A stretch of DNA of 64,000 nucleotides from a virus. Position numbers and translations under genes: made by a program. Below, piece after piece: positions 1 to 10,485 of the stretch. A model generated the notes under the pieces. The model did not search any database, was not told where the DNA came from, and was given only the letters and a program-made list of their open reading frames with translations. The stretch is from the IMG/VR virus record IMGVR_UViG_3300005323_000046, positions 1-64,000 of that record; one strand, written 5' to 3'. The first letter of the stretch is position 1. Every line of letters starts with the position of its first letter.

Positions 1-54
1 ATAAGCAGGGAAATTAACAACGATGCCGAAGCCACAGGGATTAATACCGAAACC

Positions 55-486
55 GTGAAGTACATCAACGAAAGGGCACAGAATCTTGTCAAATACAGCG
101 ACAAGCTTTCAACGGCTCTCAAGGCCATTGATAAGTATTTTGAGATCGTAGGTCCCAAAGCTGGGATTAGATTTACTGATCCAGAAGTATTTTATACTGA
201 TAATCATGAATATCTTGGAAAAGTAAATTATTATCTATCCGTGAGAAAGGATTGGGGTCTTTATTCTATTCCTGATGTGATGGAAATCCCCAATTCTATT
301 ATTACAGATTGCTCTCGGACCTTAAAGAAGGCTGCCGTTAAAAGGCTTCCTGAGTTCTTGAGACTTTACGCCGCAGAACTAGAAAAGCATGAGAAGGAGT
401 ATAAAGAGATCTCTGAGAAGGCTGAAAAGATAGCCGAGATTTTGAATGGGGAGGAATCTCAATTACCAGCAAAAGAGGTAGTCTAA
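55..486 (+). CDS. hypothetical protein (GTG start)
   Basis: 143-aa ORF; co-oriented with and abutting the next ORF. Confidence 0.45.
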   Translation: MKYINERAQNLVKYSDKLSTALKAIDKYFEIVGPKAGIRFTDPEVFYTDNHEYLGKVNYYLSVRKDWGLYSIPDVMEIPNSIITDCSRTLKKAAVKRLPEFLRLYAAELEKHEKEYKEISEKAEKIAEILNGEESQLPAKEVV

Positions 487-488
487 TC

Positions 489-845
489 ATGACGAGATAT
501 CGAATTAAAGACGCCGGAAACTCAGAAGAGTTTAATTCTTGGGATGAAGTCCTCCAAGAATTCAAGCAGAATTATGAGATGTGGGGTCTCAAAAGAGCGC
601 CTACCGAAGAAGAGATCGAGAACATGATGGATAGTATAGGAGATATCCAAATTACTAGATTGCTTATTTATACTATTAAGACCGATGCCGAGATGTACGA
701 TATCGAAGCCAAGGACGACGAGGAGGCAATCAAAATTGCAAGAGATGAAGTACAACTCTCCTCTGAGTTGATTGCCAATGGCGCTTGGCTCAGGGTCTTT
801 TTAGGAGATTATCCGATTTATTATGAGGGCAATGAGGTGACATGA
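489..845 (+). CDS. hypothetical acidic protein
   Basis: 118-aa ORF starting 3 nt after the upstream stop. Confidence 0.45.
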   Translation: MTRYRIKDAGNSEEFNSWDEVLQEFKQNYEMWGLKRAPTEEEIENMMDSIGDIQITRLLIYTIKTDAEMYDIEAKDDEEAIKIARDEVQLSSELIANGAWLRVFLGDYPIYYEGNEVT

Positions 846-1019
846 TATAGTCCACGCACATCTGTTACATGGATATTACCCCAATCGACCAGATCCTGGG
901 GTAGGATATCAGTTTTCACCAGTGTTTGAAATCAATGGTAAAATCGTTGAGCATGGCATAGAAGCCGATGGTAAAGTATTTCCGTGGGTAAATATTGTGT
1001 ATTACGAGACGGACTTGCC

Positions 1020-1340
1020 TCACTGATAAAACAACACCTCTTCCATTATTTTCTTGTTGACATTTAGGTCATCTAATTCCATAGTTATTACTGAGATTCC
1101 ATTTTGTTCTCCTATCATTTCATATTCTACTATTTCATCGTCTGTCATACACTGCCAGAACGCAGTGATAAATTCTTCCATCCCTTCTGACAATCCAGAA
1201 CAAGATACTCCGTTTAGAATCATCTGTTGTCCATCAATTTCTATAATACTTGGACTGATCCAAATTAAATTATCGGTTTCTAGGCATTGTGTAGTACTAA
1301 TTAATATTAATACTATTACTAAAAATTTAATATTATTCAT
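1020..1340 (-). CDS. small secreted protein
   Basis: N-terminal hydrophobic signal-like segment MNNIKFLVIVLILISTTQC; start overlaps the stop of the upstream minus-strand gene. Confidence 0.45.
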   Translation of the reverse strand: MNNIKFLVIVLILISTTQCLETDNLIWISPSIIEIDGQQMILNGVSCSGLSEGMEEFITAFWQCMTDDEIVEYEMIGEQNGISVITMELDDLNVNKKIMEEVLFYQ

Positions 1341-2083
1341 TTTCTTATCGTCCTTTCGTAATCCTCAAACCTTATCTTTGCAATTTTAGATCTATCAAAC
1401 ATCTTAATCACAAGCCCTTCCGGTCTTCCCAAGGCTCCATTATCTAAACTACATTGAGTTGTTTGTATTTTAGTTTTTAGCCAATCATAGACTTCTTGGA
1501 CGTTTCCATTTGGAACTATATCTTCACCTATTCTTGGGGTTAGCGGGATTCCGGATGAAATCAATTCAATTTCCTTGTAAAAATTTTGTCCTCCGTTATC
1601 TCTCCACGACGCAATCCGTTCTATTGGCATCTGCATAATTTTTTCTTGCTCAGGAATAAACGCAATATCAAATAGGCGACAGCTTAATTGTCCATTTCCT
1701 GTATATTGTTTACTGCTCTTTGTCGTCTTTCCGCCGTAAACTTCCGAATAGTATACGGTAAGTTCTCTTTGGGGAATAAGGTCTTCCGCTAAAGGTTTCA
1801 ACGTATCTACAATACCCAACTGTGGATTCCCAATAAGGTCTCCTTTGGCATACAATAATTCATCCCGAGAACCAATAATGTAGAATCCGTCTGGAAATAG
1901 AATTATTCTGCCATTTACACCATTTACTTTTTCAGTCAGAATAACTTTTTGACCCTCAAAATTTACCTGAATTTCATCCAGTAGCCGCCCGCGATTTTCT
2001 ATCTTATCTATCTTATGATAGGTTAATATGCTCGGATACTTTGTCATTGAATTAAGTCTTTCCAAATCTATTTCTTTTCCCAT
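1337..2083 (-). CDS. Rnl-like covalent nucleotidyltransferase (putative ATP-dependent RNA ligase)
   Basis: Motif I EKVNGVNGRI (KxNG), motif IV EGLVIKM, motif V AKIRFED in the expected order. Confidence 0.55.
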   Translation of the reverse strand: MGKEIDLERLNSMTKYPSILTYHKIDKIENRGRLLDEIQVNFEGQKVILTEKVNGVNGRIILFPDGFYIIGSRDELLYAKGDLIGNPQLGIVDTLKPLAEDLIPQRELTVYYSEVYGGKTTKSSKQYTGNGQLSCRLFDIAFIPEQEKIMQMPIERIASWRDNGGQNFYKEIELISSGIPLTPRIGEDIVPNGNVQEVYDWLKTKIQTTQCSLDNGALGRPEGLVIKMFDRSKIAKIRFEDYERTIRK

Positions 2084-2265
2084 AGTATATACCTCCTTGT
2101 TTTTCCTGCCTTTCCTTTTCTCCTGACTAATCCTCTTTCCGTAAGTGACCGTAAAATAAAAGCGACTTTTACGTTTCCTCTATTGCTTTTTATCTCACGA
2201 GTCATAAATGGTTTATCGGGAAGAAGTTTTAAAATTTCCTCTTCCTCTAGACTTAATTGTTTCAA
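2068..2265 (-). CDS. small basic protein, possible wHTH DNA binder
   Basis: 65 aa; basic C-terminus LVRRKGKAGKTRRYILWEKK. Confidence 0.35.
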   Translation of the reverse strand: MKQLSLEEEEILKLLPDKPFMTREIKSNRGNVKVAFILRSLTERGLVRRKGKAGKTRRYILWEKK

Positions 2266-2270
2266 TTACA

Positions 2271-2822
2271 TTACTCCCATATGATTTTATAAACATAGGT
2301 TATCTGATCTTCAAATTCTCCTTCCGGCTCGTCTCTGACCTCTTCCAATCTATTTACTGCTGCTTGTTCCTTGAACATATCAATTGCGGCCTCTTCCCAT
2401 TCCTCCATAATTTCCTGGACGGCTTCGTAATATCTCCAATCTTGATCCGGAAAATTTTCTTCTACATCCTCAAAGTCGAAGTCGTTTTCTTCTGCCCATT
2501 CTCTTCTTGCATCAGCGCGGACTTCTGAAAGGGTTTCACTCATAGCTCCTGAATCGTATAATTTATCCTCATTGAAGAATTCCATCAATCCAAATTGGGA
2601 TACATGACTCGTTCCTGGAGGATAATAATTTCCGTTTTGATGCCAGGTTACTTTAGTTGCCCAAGGATAATCAACATTTCCACTTTCAAAAACCTCCAAA
2701 ACCGCAGGCTGAATATGAATCCCGAAATAACCATTTTGATCGCCTACTTCATCAAACACTTCATTTGCAAGAGTCTCTATTACTTTGTTTTGATTCAAAA
2801 CTATATAGTAAATCTTTTCCAT
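2271..2822 (-). CDS. hypothetical acidic protein
   Basis: 183-aa ORF heading the minus-strand block; divergent AT-rich promoter region upstream. Confidence 0.45.
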   Translation of the reverse strand: MEKIYYIVLNQNKVIETLANEVFDEVGDQNGYFGIHIQPAVLEVFESGNVDYPWATKVTWHQNGNYYPPGTSHVSQFGLMEFFNEDKLYDSGAMSETLSEVRADARREWAEENDFDFEDVEENFPDQDWRYYEAVQEIMEEWEEAAIDMFKEQAAVNRLEEVRDEPEGEFEDQITYVYKIIWE

Positions 2823-2983
2823 GAATTTATCATCTCCTTTACAATATACTATACATTGATAGAATAAATAGTTTACGCTCTAGCCGACTTTGATCTTCCC
2901 GAAGGAGGGTTTGAAGAGGCGGACGAATCTTAAATACTAACATTTTTTTAAATTTACTTTTTTTATTATAAAACTTCCGTTAA

Positions 2984-2998
2984 CTATAAATACTATAG
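2984..2998 (+). promoter_or_regulatory. promoter-like motif CTATAAATACTATAG
   Basis: TATAAATA-type copy of the recurrent intergenic motif; 30 nt upstream of the 3028 start. Confidence 0.35.
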
Positions 2999-3027
2999 AC
3001 TATACTATACATATTGGAGATAAGAAT

Positions 3028-3288
3028 ATGATGAGAATTTTTGAAGTAAAGAATCGGGAAGGATGTTCAGAACTTAAATTTAAGGGAACGTGGGTAGAAT
3101 GTGTTAAAGCGATCCAATATTGGTATGACGATTTAGAGGATTATGATGAAAACGAAAAGAGGATAGAATATAAAGCAACCATTGATCCTTATGATGTCAC
3201 GGGAAATTATATGAAAATAGGAGAATCCATAAGAGGGGCGTATGAAGGGGCAGATTCATACGAATGGGAATTACATAGAGTAGCTTAA
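3028..3288 (+). CDS. hypothetical protein
   Basis: 86-aa ORF; GGAG 8 nt upstream. Confidence 0.4.
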   Translation: MMRIFEVKNREGCSELKFKGTWVECVKAIQYWYDDLEDYDENEKRIEYKATIDPYDVTGNYMKIGESIRGAYEGADSYEWELHRVA

Positions 3289-3594
3289 TTGGAGAAGAGA
3301 AGTAGTTTTCGTCTATGGGTGGGATTTTCTTGTAGTGATGAATCTCAAATTATTGAAGAGTGTGAAGAATTTAAAAAATTTCATCCAGAACTAGACTGTG
3401 GTTATATTATTGATTAGGGGTTAATATGGTAAAATTTTTACTGGATGGCATTATTCTTGTTGAGAAGTATGATGATCTTGGAAAAGTAGAAGGATGTAGT
3501 GAGGAAGATGGAAGAGTCGAGAGAAGCGATTAGGATGCTAAAAGAAATAACATTAGCTCCTAAAGTAAATAAAACGATGGCGGAGGAATAATTT

Positions 3595-3915
3595 ATGGTT
3601 TTAGAAATGATAAAGGACGCGATATTTGATGCCAAGAAAGAATACGACAACAATATTTATTCTTGGGAGAAAGAGGTACAGAATGTTTTAATGCAGTATG
3701 TTAACTTTTGTATTAATAGAGCAGATTATTGTCTTGAAGTTTCTGAAGTGCTTAAAGATCCAGTATATAAGACGTATGCGCTTGCGGATTTTAATATGGC
3801 ATTAAGTGTTAATAGATTTTTGTGTGACACTTTTAATGTTGCAAATAAAAGGGAGATAGAAGCGATTGAAAAAAGGATAAAGAATAAGGGGTGGAGGGTT
3901 GACGTTCTCCATTAG
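3595..3915 (+). CDS. hypothetical protein
   Basis: 106-aa ORF; GGAGG upstream. Confidence 0.4.
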   Translation: MVLEMIKDAIFDAKKEYDNNIYSWEKEVQNVLMQYVNFCINRADYCLEVSEVLKDPVYKTYALADFNMALSVNRFLCDTFNVANKREIEAIEKRIKNKGWRVDVLH

Positions 3916-4198
3916 AGACTTTTTCGTATTAGATCCAGTAGGCGAACTACTTTATTTTGAAGAAGAATTAAAAGCTACGAATAAAAACATAGAGGATAAA
4001 ATATCTTTAATATCTCAATATGATGGTTCGTTCTCCGATCTATCTGAAGTGATCAATAATTTACCAAGTCCTTATTTAGTTCCTCTCTTAAATGGATTGG
4101 AAGCTAGTATAAAAGAGGATATTGCAAAACGAAAGAAGGAATATTCCTTGGAAATAAAAAGAAGACGGAATAAAAGCTTGGAGGCTTACAAGAAATGA
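3899..4198 (+). CDS. hypothetical protein
   Basis: 99-aa ORF; its TTG start overlaps the stop of the upstream ORF (3595..3915). Confidence 0.35.
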   Translation: MTFSIRDFFVLDPVGELLYFEEELKATNKNIEDKISLISQYDGSFSDLSEVINNLPSPYLVPLLNGLEASIKEDIAKRKKEYSLEIKRRRNKSLEAYKK

Positions 4199-4415
4199 AT
4201 TTTGAAGAGCTGAAAGAGTGGAACGACAAATTGACAAGGATGTTGAATACTCCAGAACCAGGACTTATAAGTTATTCTATAATGGTAGGAGACCATATAG
4301 AAAAGTTAGTAAATGATTGGAATCGTGCAGAAAAGTAGTTATAGTAAAATTTTACTTTTTTAAAAATATTAATAAAACAACTCTAATACGAGCCCAAAAA
4401 AATCCGCAGGAAATT

Positions 4416-4886
4416 CTACTCTGGAGGATTTTCTTCTTCGTCAATTTGATTTAATTTAAATCTAATTAATATTTCCTCCGCTTTCTTTTTTCCATTAAGT
4501 ATATCTATTTTTTCTGGATGATTTTCAATCCAATCGAATGCTTGAGTTCTGTTTATGTAACATATCCTTGTGTGAGCCTGTGTTAAGCATTGTGCCAAGG
4601 CTCTTATTGACTTTTTTAAGGATTTATTTACTTCTTTTTCCTTATATATTTTTTCTTCAAGATCTGAAATTTGTTTATTTAAGTGAAAGGTATTAAGATC
4701 GTCTGGAGTCGCCTTTTGAGAGATCCAACTATGTTTTGTGAAAGCTTGACCCTTTCTTTTGGGTCTAATAACTCCATAAGTTTGTTTAATTTGTTTTTCA
4801 ATTTCTTTTAGTGTAGTTCCCTCTTCAACGGCGAACGAAGGCTCTCCCTCTGCTGAGGTAACAGTAATTTTCAGTTTTTTTGCCAA
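4416..4886 (-). CDS. hypothetical protein
   Basis: 156-aa ORF. Confidence 0.45.
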   Translation of the reverse strand: MAKKLKITVTSAEGEPSFAVEEGTTLKEIEKQIKQTYGVIRPKRKGQAFTKHSWISQKATPDDLNTFHLNKQISDLEEKIYKEKEVNKSLKKSIRALAQCLTQAHTRICYINRTQAFDWIENHPEKIDILNGKKKAEEILIRFKLNQIDEEENPPE

Positions 4887-5150
4887 CTAAATCTCTCCCG
4901 TATAAGTAAGATACGATATTGGAATTATCATGCAACAGATATATAATAGAAAAGAAAATTGAACCTCTCCATTGTATATCTCTTCCGTCCGAGTTCTTTA
5001 ATCTTTTAACTTAAATTTGAGTTATTATCGACTCCACTCCCACAGTCCATATCTTCCGGATATACTGAAATTTTCCATTTCTTGCACCACATCTTTAAAT
5101 TATGAAGGCCTCTATCCTCGGAGCACTTACAAGATCCACAGTATATCATT

Positions 5151-5795
5151 TTACTTTCTCCAGTATATAAACCCGGAAATCTCTTTTTCAAATTTCTTGT
5201 TTGATTTACTTGTAGTTGTTATTTTGATAGTTGCCGCTCGTCTATAGATCTTCTTTTGTTTAACCATGTCAGATAATGCAGATGAAATTGCATGTTTAGT
5301 CCCCATACATCCAGCTGAAATTACCCGATTCACGATTCCTTGTGATGTATATCCTGAATCAGAATCAATTACGTCATCTATTTCTGGCGGAATTTTAAAT
5401 ATTTCCGATAATATATAATCTCCTATTGTTTTACGAGGGATTACATTCTGGGTCTCTTGAATTTTTCCTGAGAGACAAATATGTTCCGAATCTCTAAATG
5501 TCACCGCTCCACAATCTGGACATTGGCATATGTTTGTAATTTTCTTATTACATTCTTCAATTTTTTTGTCGTACTCTTCTTGAAGCTCACAAATTGCTGC
5601 TTCGATTTGTTCTTTAACGTACTGCTTATTCAATTTTGGCTCCTCCTGTATATCTCTCTTCACTTTTTTGGCAAATTCACTTGTCGAATGGCATTGAATA
5701 CAACGACTATGTCCGATGGATCTATCTAACTGCCAAGACGTTACATCTTTACATTTAGTACACCATCTCCGAGTTGTCTTTGGTCGATAGCACAC
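5151..5795 (-). CDS. zinc-finger protein
   Basis: 214 aa with several CxxC pairs (CTKCKD, CIQCH, CQCPDCG). Confidence 0.45.
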   Translation of the reverse strand: MCYRPKTTRRWCTKCKDVTSWQLDRSIGHSRCIQCHSTSEFAKKVKRDIQEEPKLNKQYVKEQIEAAICELQEEYDKKIEECNKKITNICQCPDCGAVTFRDSEHICLSGKIQETQNVIPRKTIGDYILSEIFKIPPEIDDVIDSDSGYTSQGIVNRVISAGCMGTKHAISSALSDMVKQKKIYRRAATIKITTTSKSNKKFEKEISGFIYWRK

Positions 5796-5910
5796 GAAAA
5801 CCTCTAAATTATTTAATAACCATCACCACAACAAGACCGAGGAAGTGAAACACAATCACCACATTTCGGAGATTGTATATATCAACAAGCATGAATCAGA
5901 GCGGATCATT

Positions 5911-6711
5911 TCAGACCGCCCCAAGTTCCTCATCGTCGGTGGCAAGTCGCCCATTGACCAATGGACACGCCTCGTGTATCAGATTAGCATGACATAGCCG
6001 GCTGCCTATCCCGCAGAACATGCACTTAGCACGTGGATCGAATTGCGCGTTCGGGCACGTTATCCTGGTCGGCATGTTCAACGACTTGTAAAACGCATTC
6101 GACACCTTAACACAATCTGCGATCTCTGGCGCTTCGTTTTTCTGGCAGGCATTAAGTTTCTTCTCGATGTCGTATAGCCGATCTCGGATGGGATTTTTTA
6201 CATACGATATTCCACAAACGTATTCAGGTTCCGGCCCGTTAGTAAATCCGTTCATAGACATCTCCAAATCGTGGATACGTCGCCGCAATTCTTGAATTTC
6301 ATCAAGTTTGGCTGGCATCTGGTTTGATTGATGTTGCGGGATTTCTTCCGGGGTGAGCTTTCGCAGGGAGATGGCCGGATAGAATCCTATGCCCCATATC
6401 TGGAAATGTCCAGAATCCGTTTTCGTAAAGATCTTGTATACCTTTTCAGGATCACGCGATCTCAAGATACCGAAGCAATCCGAGCCAACGATCTTCACCC
6501 AATCACCTGCCTTCATCTCTTCCGATACTGATTGTAACGAGCTAGCTGGATAATAACATTCTCGACCGTTGTTCGTGTAAAGTTCTATATCCTGATAATT
6601 TGTAAACATTTGATAGATTGTAAATACGTGTCCCATACTACCTATTTTTCCATCTATACTCGGGCCAATGACTTTTACTTTATTTCCTATTCCTAATTCT
6701 TTTTCACTCAT
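5911..6711 (-). CDS. hypothetical protein with a GC-rich 3' half
   Basis: 266-aa ORF; the 5900-6330 part is markedly more GC-rich than its flanks. Confidence 0.45.
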   Translation of the reverse strand: MSEKELGIGNKVKVIGPSIDGKIGSMGHVFTIYQMFTNYQDIELYTNNGRECYYPASSLQSVSEEMKAGDWVKIVGSDCFGILRSRDPEKVYKIFTKTDSGHFQIWGIGFYPAISLRKLTPEEIPQHQSNQMPAKLDEIQELRRRIHDLEMSMNGFTNGPEPEYVCGISYVKNPIRDRLYDIEKKLNACQKNEAPEIADCVKVSNAFYKSLNMPTRITCPNAQFDPRAKCMFCGIGSRLCHANLIHEACPLVNGRLATDDEELGAV

Positions 6712-6840
6712 GTTCTGTCTCCTCTAATACTTCTTTGTTCTTACTAGACAAAAATCATAATGATCTGGATAAACTTGTTCGCAGAGTTTGCAATTCATAC
6801 AAGTATCTACTACTTAATCTTATTTAAAGGTTGCGAGCCT

Positions 6841-9243
6841 TCACCACGCCTCTCCCTCGGATTCTATTGTCATCTGTTCTCCGTTGGTTACAGATTCTCC
6901 TTCTTCATCGTAATTAAGCATTTGTTTGTTGTCACAATATATTCTCAGCCATTTTTTTCCTCTGTGAACCCCTTTAGGTTCTACTACGATTGAATAGATT
7001 CTTTTTAAATCGGGCTCAATTCTCTTTAATCTAGTAAGTAATTTAGATGCAGTTGTTGGTAATTTTTTATCTATATTGTTAGAATCAATTACCCATTGAC
7101 TGAAGTATTTACCAAATAAGTGGTCTGTAGAAATTCCCCAACCTACATTATTATTGAAATCTATATCCCCGTATTTTCTTACGAAATCGATAAAGAATTC
7201 GGCAACCGGTTCTGCTTCTAGAGAGGTTTGACACATTCCGGTTTGATTTAATCTGTAAGCGACTTCAAAATCTGGTATCATATTTAGAACCCGAGAGATA
7301 TATTTCCCTACAGATGCAAATGTGGTGAGCCGGAACTCAGACATTTCTCCTTTTCTAGGAATTCCGTCTTTCAAATATCCCTGGACTAGAGCAAGAATGG
7401 CACCGAATATCTCAGCCCTATAAGTTTCAAATTCCTCATTCAGAAATTCTTCTGATAAATAGCTTCCCTCTGGTCTGGAAATTTCAATGCTAACCGTTCT
7501 TTCTGCGAGATCTCCAGCTCCAGAATCGAATATTTGGGAGTTAATAGCTGTAATAATAAGTTTTGATCTTATATCAATAAGAACTTGATCATTGGTAGTA
7601 TATAGTTCTCTGGTAGGAATTACGCCGCCAGTAACCACATTACACAGAACATCTCCGGTTGCCCTGTCGATTCTGCTTATATTGTCAAGTACAGCAACCG
7701 CATTATGAGACAGTAACCCTATTAAATAATTTAAATCTTGGGGTTTATTAACTAGTAATTCTGAAGAATTACCTTCTACTGGGTCTAAAGTTCTTTTAAT
7801 TATGCGGCCCATAAAAGATTTGCCTGATCCACGAGACCCACAAAGAAGGAGTATTGGACTTTGAGCCCAGGGGAGTAGCGAATTTACTATCCATGTAATT
7901 AATAGAACTTTTTGGGAACTGTCTTTTACGTTTATAATATTAAATAATTTAAAAATGTTGTTTATATCTTTTTTACTTGGTACGTTTTGGACTCCCTGAT
8001 TAGTTTCTCGTATAAAAGTCATATCTGAGTATGGGTAAACTCCTAATCCACTAGGAGTAATTTTTACAAAATTATTATTTCCGAGATCATACCAAATAGC
8101 TTCTTTATCTCCTCCGACTCGTCTAAAAATCTTTGCTTTTTCTCCATATGCCATACATTTTCCGTCAAAATATCGGGCAACATAGGTTAATACACTATCT
8201 GATGGGAGTTTGTCTATGACTTTTTCTGCGGTAGTAGCCATCCAATATCTTGTGATTTTAGAGTTTATAGGGAGAAGGTTGATCCCAATATCTGAATAAT
8301 CTCTTAATTTAAAATAACTGTTATTGTTATGATCCCTTACAAGAGAAATATTATTTTCTACGATTTCTATTACGTTGTCAGTAATAGTTTTCTTTTGTTT
8401 CTTTATCCCTGGAAAATCCGCAAAAATCTCATCGTCAGTTTTATTGGTATAAGTTTTAATTAATGAGAACAAACCACCAGATGCATTACAGGAATGACAA
8501 AAATATCCATCTGCATATATACTCATTGATGGTTTTGTATCCTCGTGGAATGGACATAACACTTGAAGATATCTTCCACCGTCAAAAGCGATCTGAAGAT
8601 TATGATCTCTTGCCCATTGAAGAGCTGTTGGTATACCTTTTGCGGGTTTTATATCCGGCTTGATAATGGGCAATATAGATTCTAAATGTCTAAGAATATC
8701 GTCAATTTCTTCTGGCTCTTCCGAATTGATCCAATGGCGTATGAAATTTCTTTTTGTCCCCGCTCTTTCCTCGTCTTCTTCTTGGTTAATTTCTTCTTGA
8801 CTTAGATCGCGAGAAGGTAGAATAGCATATCCGTCTATTCCTTTTATATCTACTGCAACACCATTTATTCTTGTATGTGATTTTGGAATTACAGTACTTT
8901 TTATAAGGAAAGATATCCCGCCACTGGGGGTTCTCATTAAACATTTTTTAAAATCGGAAAGATACAAATCATATAAATTTGGGTCATCAATATCTACCAA
9001 GACTAAATTATCATATCCTGTGAGAACCGCCCAGTCAGCACGATCAAATTGAGCCAACCAGTGTAAAATTTGGTCTTCAGAAGGTTTATTTTCTTCGCTG
9101 CTTTTATATTCAGCCCATTTCACAAAAGGTCTTTTTTCATCTAGCTCGCCTGTTTTTTCGTTTACATGTCCTTGCGGGCGTATGGGGATAATACCCCAAC
9201 CTTTGTCAATATATTGTTGAATGAGAGAGACCATTGGAATCAA
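6841..9243 (-). CDS. primase-helicase (prim-pol N-domain, DnaG-type CHC2 zinc finger, SF3/D5-like helicase)
   Basis: CHC2 finger CPFHEDTKPSMSIYADGYFCHSCNASGG; Walker A LLLCGSRGSGKSF; probable true ATG at 9234 (MVSLIQQY). Confidence 0.8.
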   Translation of the reverse strand: MIPMVSLIQQYIDKGWGIIPIRPQGHVNEKTGELDEKRPFVKWAEYKSSEENKPSEDQILHWLAQFDRADWAVLTGYDNLVLVDIDDPNLYDLYLSDFKKCLMRTPSGGISFLIKSTVIPKSHTRINGVAVDIKGIDGYAILPSRDLSQEEINQEEDEERAGTKRNFIRHWINSEEPEEIDDILRHLESILPIIKPDIKPAKGIPTALQWARDHNLQIAFDGGRYLQVLCPFHEDTKPSMSIYADGYFCHSCNASGGLFSLIKTYTNKTDDEIFADFPGIKKQKKTITDNVIEIVENNISLVRDHNNNSYFKLRDYSDIGINLLPINSKITRYWMATTAEKVIDKLPSDSVLTYVARYFDGKCMAYGEKAKIFRRVGGDKEAIWYDLGNNNFVKITPSGLGVYPYSDMTFIRETNQGVQNVPSKKDINNIFKLFNIINVKDSSQKVLLITWIVNSLLPWAQSPILLLCGSRGSGKSFMGRIIKRTLDPVEGNSSELLVNKPQDLNYLIGLLSHNAVAVLDNISRIDRATGDVLCNVVTGGVIPTRELYTTNDQVLIDIRSKLIITAINSQIFDSGAGDLAERTVSIEISRPEGSYLSEEFLNEEFETYRAEIFGAILALVQGYLKDGIPRKGEMSEFRLTTFASVGKYISRVLNMIPDFEVAYRLNQTGMCQTSLEAEPVAEFFIDFVRKYGDIDFNNNVGWGISTDHLFGKYFSQWVIDSNNIDKKLPTTASKLLTRLKRIEPDLKRIYSIVVEPKGVHRGKKWLRIYCDNKQMLNYDEEGESVTNGEQMTIESEGEAW

Positions 9244-10379
9244 GACCTAACCTTTAAAGAGGTCAACTGTCCACTAATAAATTCGTGGGCTTGCGGCTCC
9301 GCAAAAAATCGGGCCACGATGGGCATATTGACTGATACCCGTGCGGCTATATTTCGAGCTGCGACTATATCTGCTTGGCCAGAGAAGCCACAACAGACAC
9401 AGCGAAATTCATCTCTAGTGGGGCGGTTAGATTGAGAGATGTGATGGCAGATTGGACACTCTTGCGAGGTGTAGGCGGGATTAATATAAACAACTGGTAC
9501 ACCAACAATAGCCGCCTTATAGTTAATGAACTGTTGAATCTGATTAAAACTCCAAGAATTATGTCTATGTCTCTGAGCCTTGGTTTTAACCGTTGTCCCC
9601 TCTCGGATACCTTTGAGATTTTCAAGGGCGATCAAAGAAGAGGTGTCTTTGGCTTTCATGACGAGTTTCTTAGAGATGCAATGATCGGTATCTTTTTTAA
9701 ACCTAGCCTCGCGACCAGAAAGCTTTTTGAGATGTTTTTTGGCACTATCGGTGCCACAACGCTGAAGATTGGATTTAAGTATATCGAGTTTAGATCTGTT
9801 TTTATCGATTTTTTCACTGGAGAATATTTCTCCCACAGAGTCTACGGCGATATTTTTAATTCCGAGATCGACTCCAAGGACATTTTTCGGAGTAATAAGA
9901 ATGGGATTGGGGGATTCAGTCACAATGCAGAGGTAGAATTTTTTGTTCTTAAAGATCAGGTCGATTTGACCTCTAATCTGGTTTATTTTGGACATATGAT
10001 AATTACAAATTTTAACGGGGATTTTAATCCTTCCATAAACGGTCAACAATGAAACTATATTGGGCTCCTTCCAAGATAAAATTCTCTGGTCATATACAAT
10101 TGCCCCATTAGAGTTGAAGATCGGTTTGATAGACTTATTTTGTTTATAGGTTTCGCATACTTTGGAAATGACTCTAATAGCCATTTGAGAGGATATATTA
10201 AACTTTTCTCTAATATCTCGGTAAACGAGGGGTTGTAGTGTAAATTTGTTGGATATATATGTATTAAAGGCAACTTCTGCCACGTAATTACAAGCGGCAT
10301 TGAATTGATACATAGTTTTATGGAGCGCTTTAGCTTGTTCCGAATCGGTAATAATTTTAATTTTAAGAGTTTGTATCAT
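9240..10379 (-). CDS. tnpB: IS200/IS605-family TnpB (OrfB) RNA-guided nuclease
   Basis: RuvC-I VDLGIKNIAV, RuvC-II LIALENLKG, zinc finger CPICHH..CVCCGF, RuvC-III ADIVAARNIA; all catalytic residues present. Confidence 0.85.
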   Translation of the reverse strand: MIQTLKIKIITDSEQAKALHKTMYQFNAACNYVAEVAFNTYISNKFTLQPLVYRDIREKFNISSQMAIRVISKVCETYKQNKSIKPIFNSNGAIVYDQRILSWKEPNIVSLLTVYGRIKIPVKICNYHMSKINQIRGQIDLIFKNKKFYLCIVTESPNPILITPKNVLGVDLGIKNIAVDSVGEIFSSEKIDKNRSKLDILKSNLQRCGTDSAKKHLKKLSGREARFKKDTDHCISKKLVMKAKDTSSLIALENLKGIREGTTVKTKAQRHRHNSWSFNQIQQFINYKAAIVGVPVVYINPAYTSQECPICHHISQSNRPTRDEFRCVCCGFSGQADIVAARNIAARVSVNMPIVARFFAEPQAHEFISGQLTSLKVRS

Positions 10380-10442
10380 AGTAGTGTAGGTCCTTTGAGT
10401 GGGTGAGCCTTAAGTTTTGTCTTAATCCTTTAAATAGGTTTT

Positions 10443-10483
10443 GCTTGGAGTTTATAATCTTCTAAATTATAAATAATCCAAGC
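10443..10483. repeat. nested perfect palindrome GCTTGGA..TTTATAAT..ATTATAAA..TCCAAGC
   Basis: 7-bp outer and 8-bp inner inverted repeats, read directly; lies in the strand-switch intergenic region. Confidence 0.7.
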
Positions 10484-10485
10484 GC

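Noticed and set aside
1054-1389. Plus-strand ORFs overlapping the minus-strand genes at 1020-2083 (also 338..565, 522..755, 2208..2528, 2595..2867)
   Set aside because: Short antisense ORFs with low-complexity products in an AT-rich background. The partner-strand ORFs have recognisable motifs (for example the KxNG ligase) or better context.
9375-10052. 225-aa plus-strand ORF inside tnpB
   Set aside because: Antisense to a TnpB with all catalytic motifs intact; no independent support.
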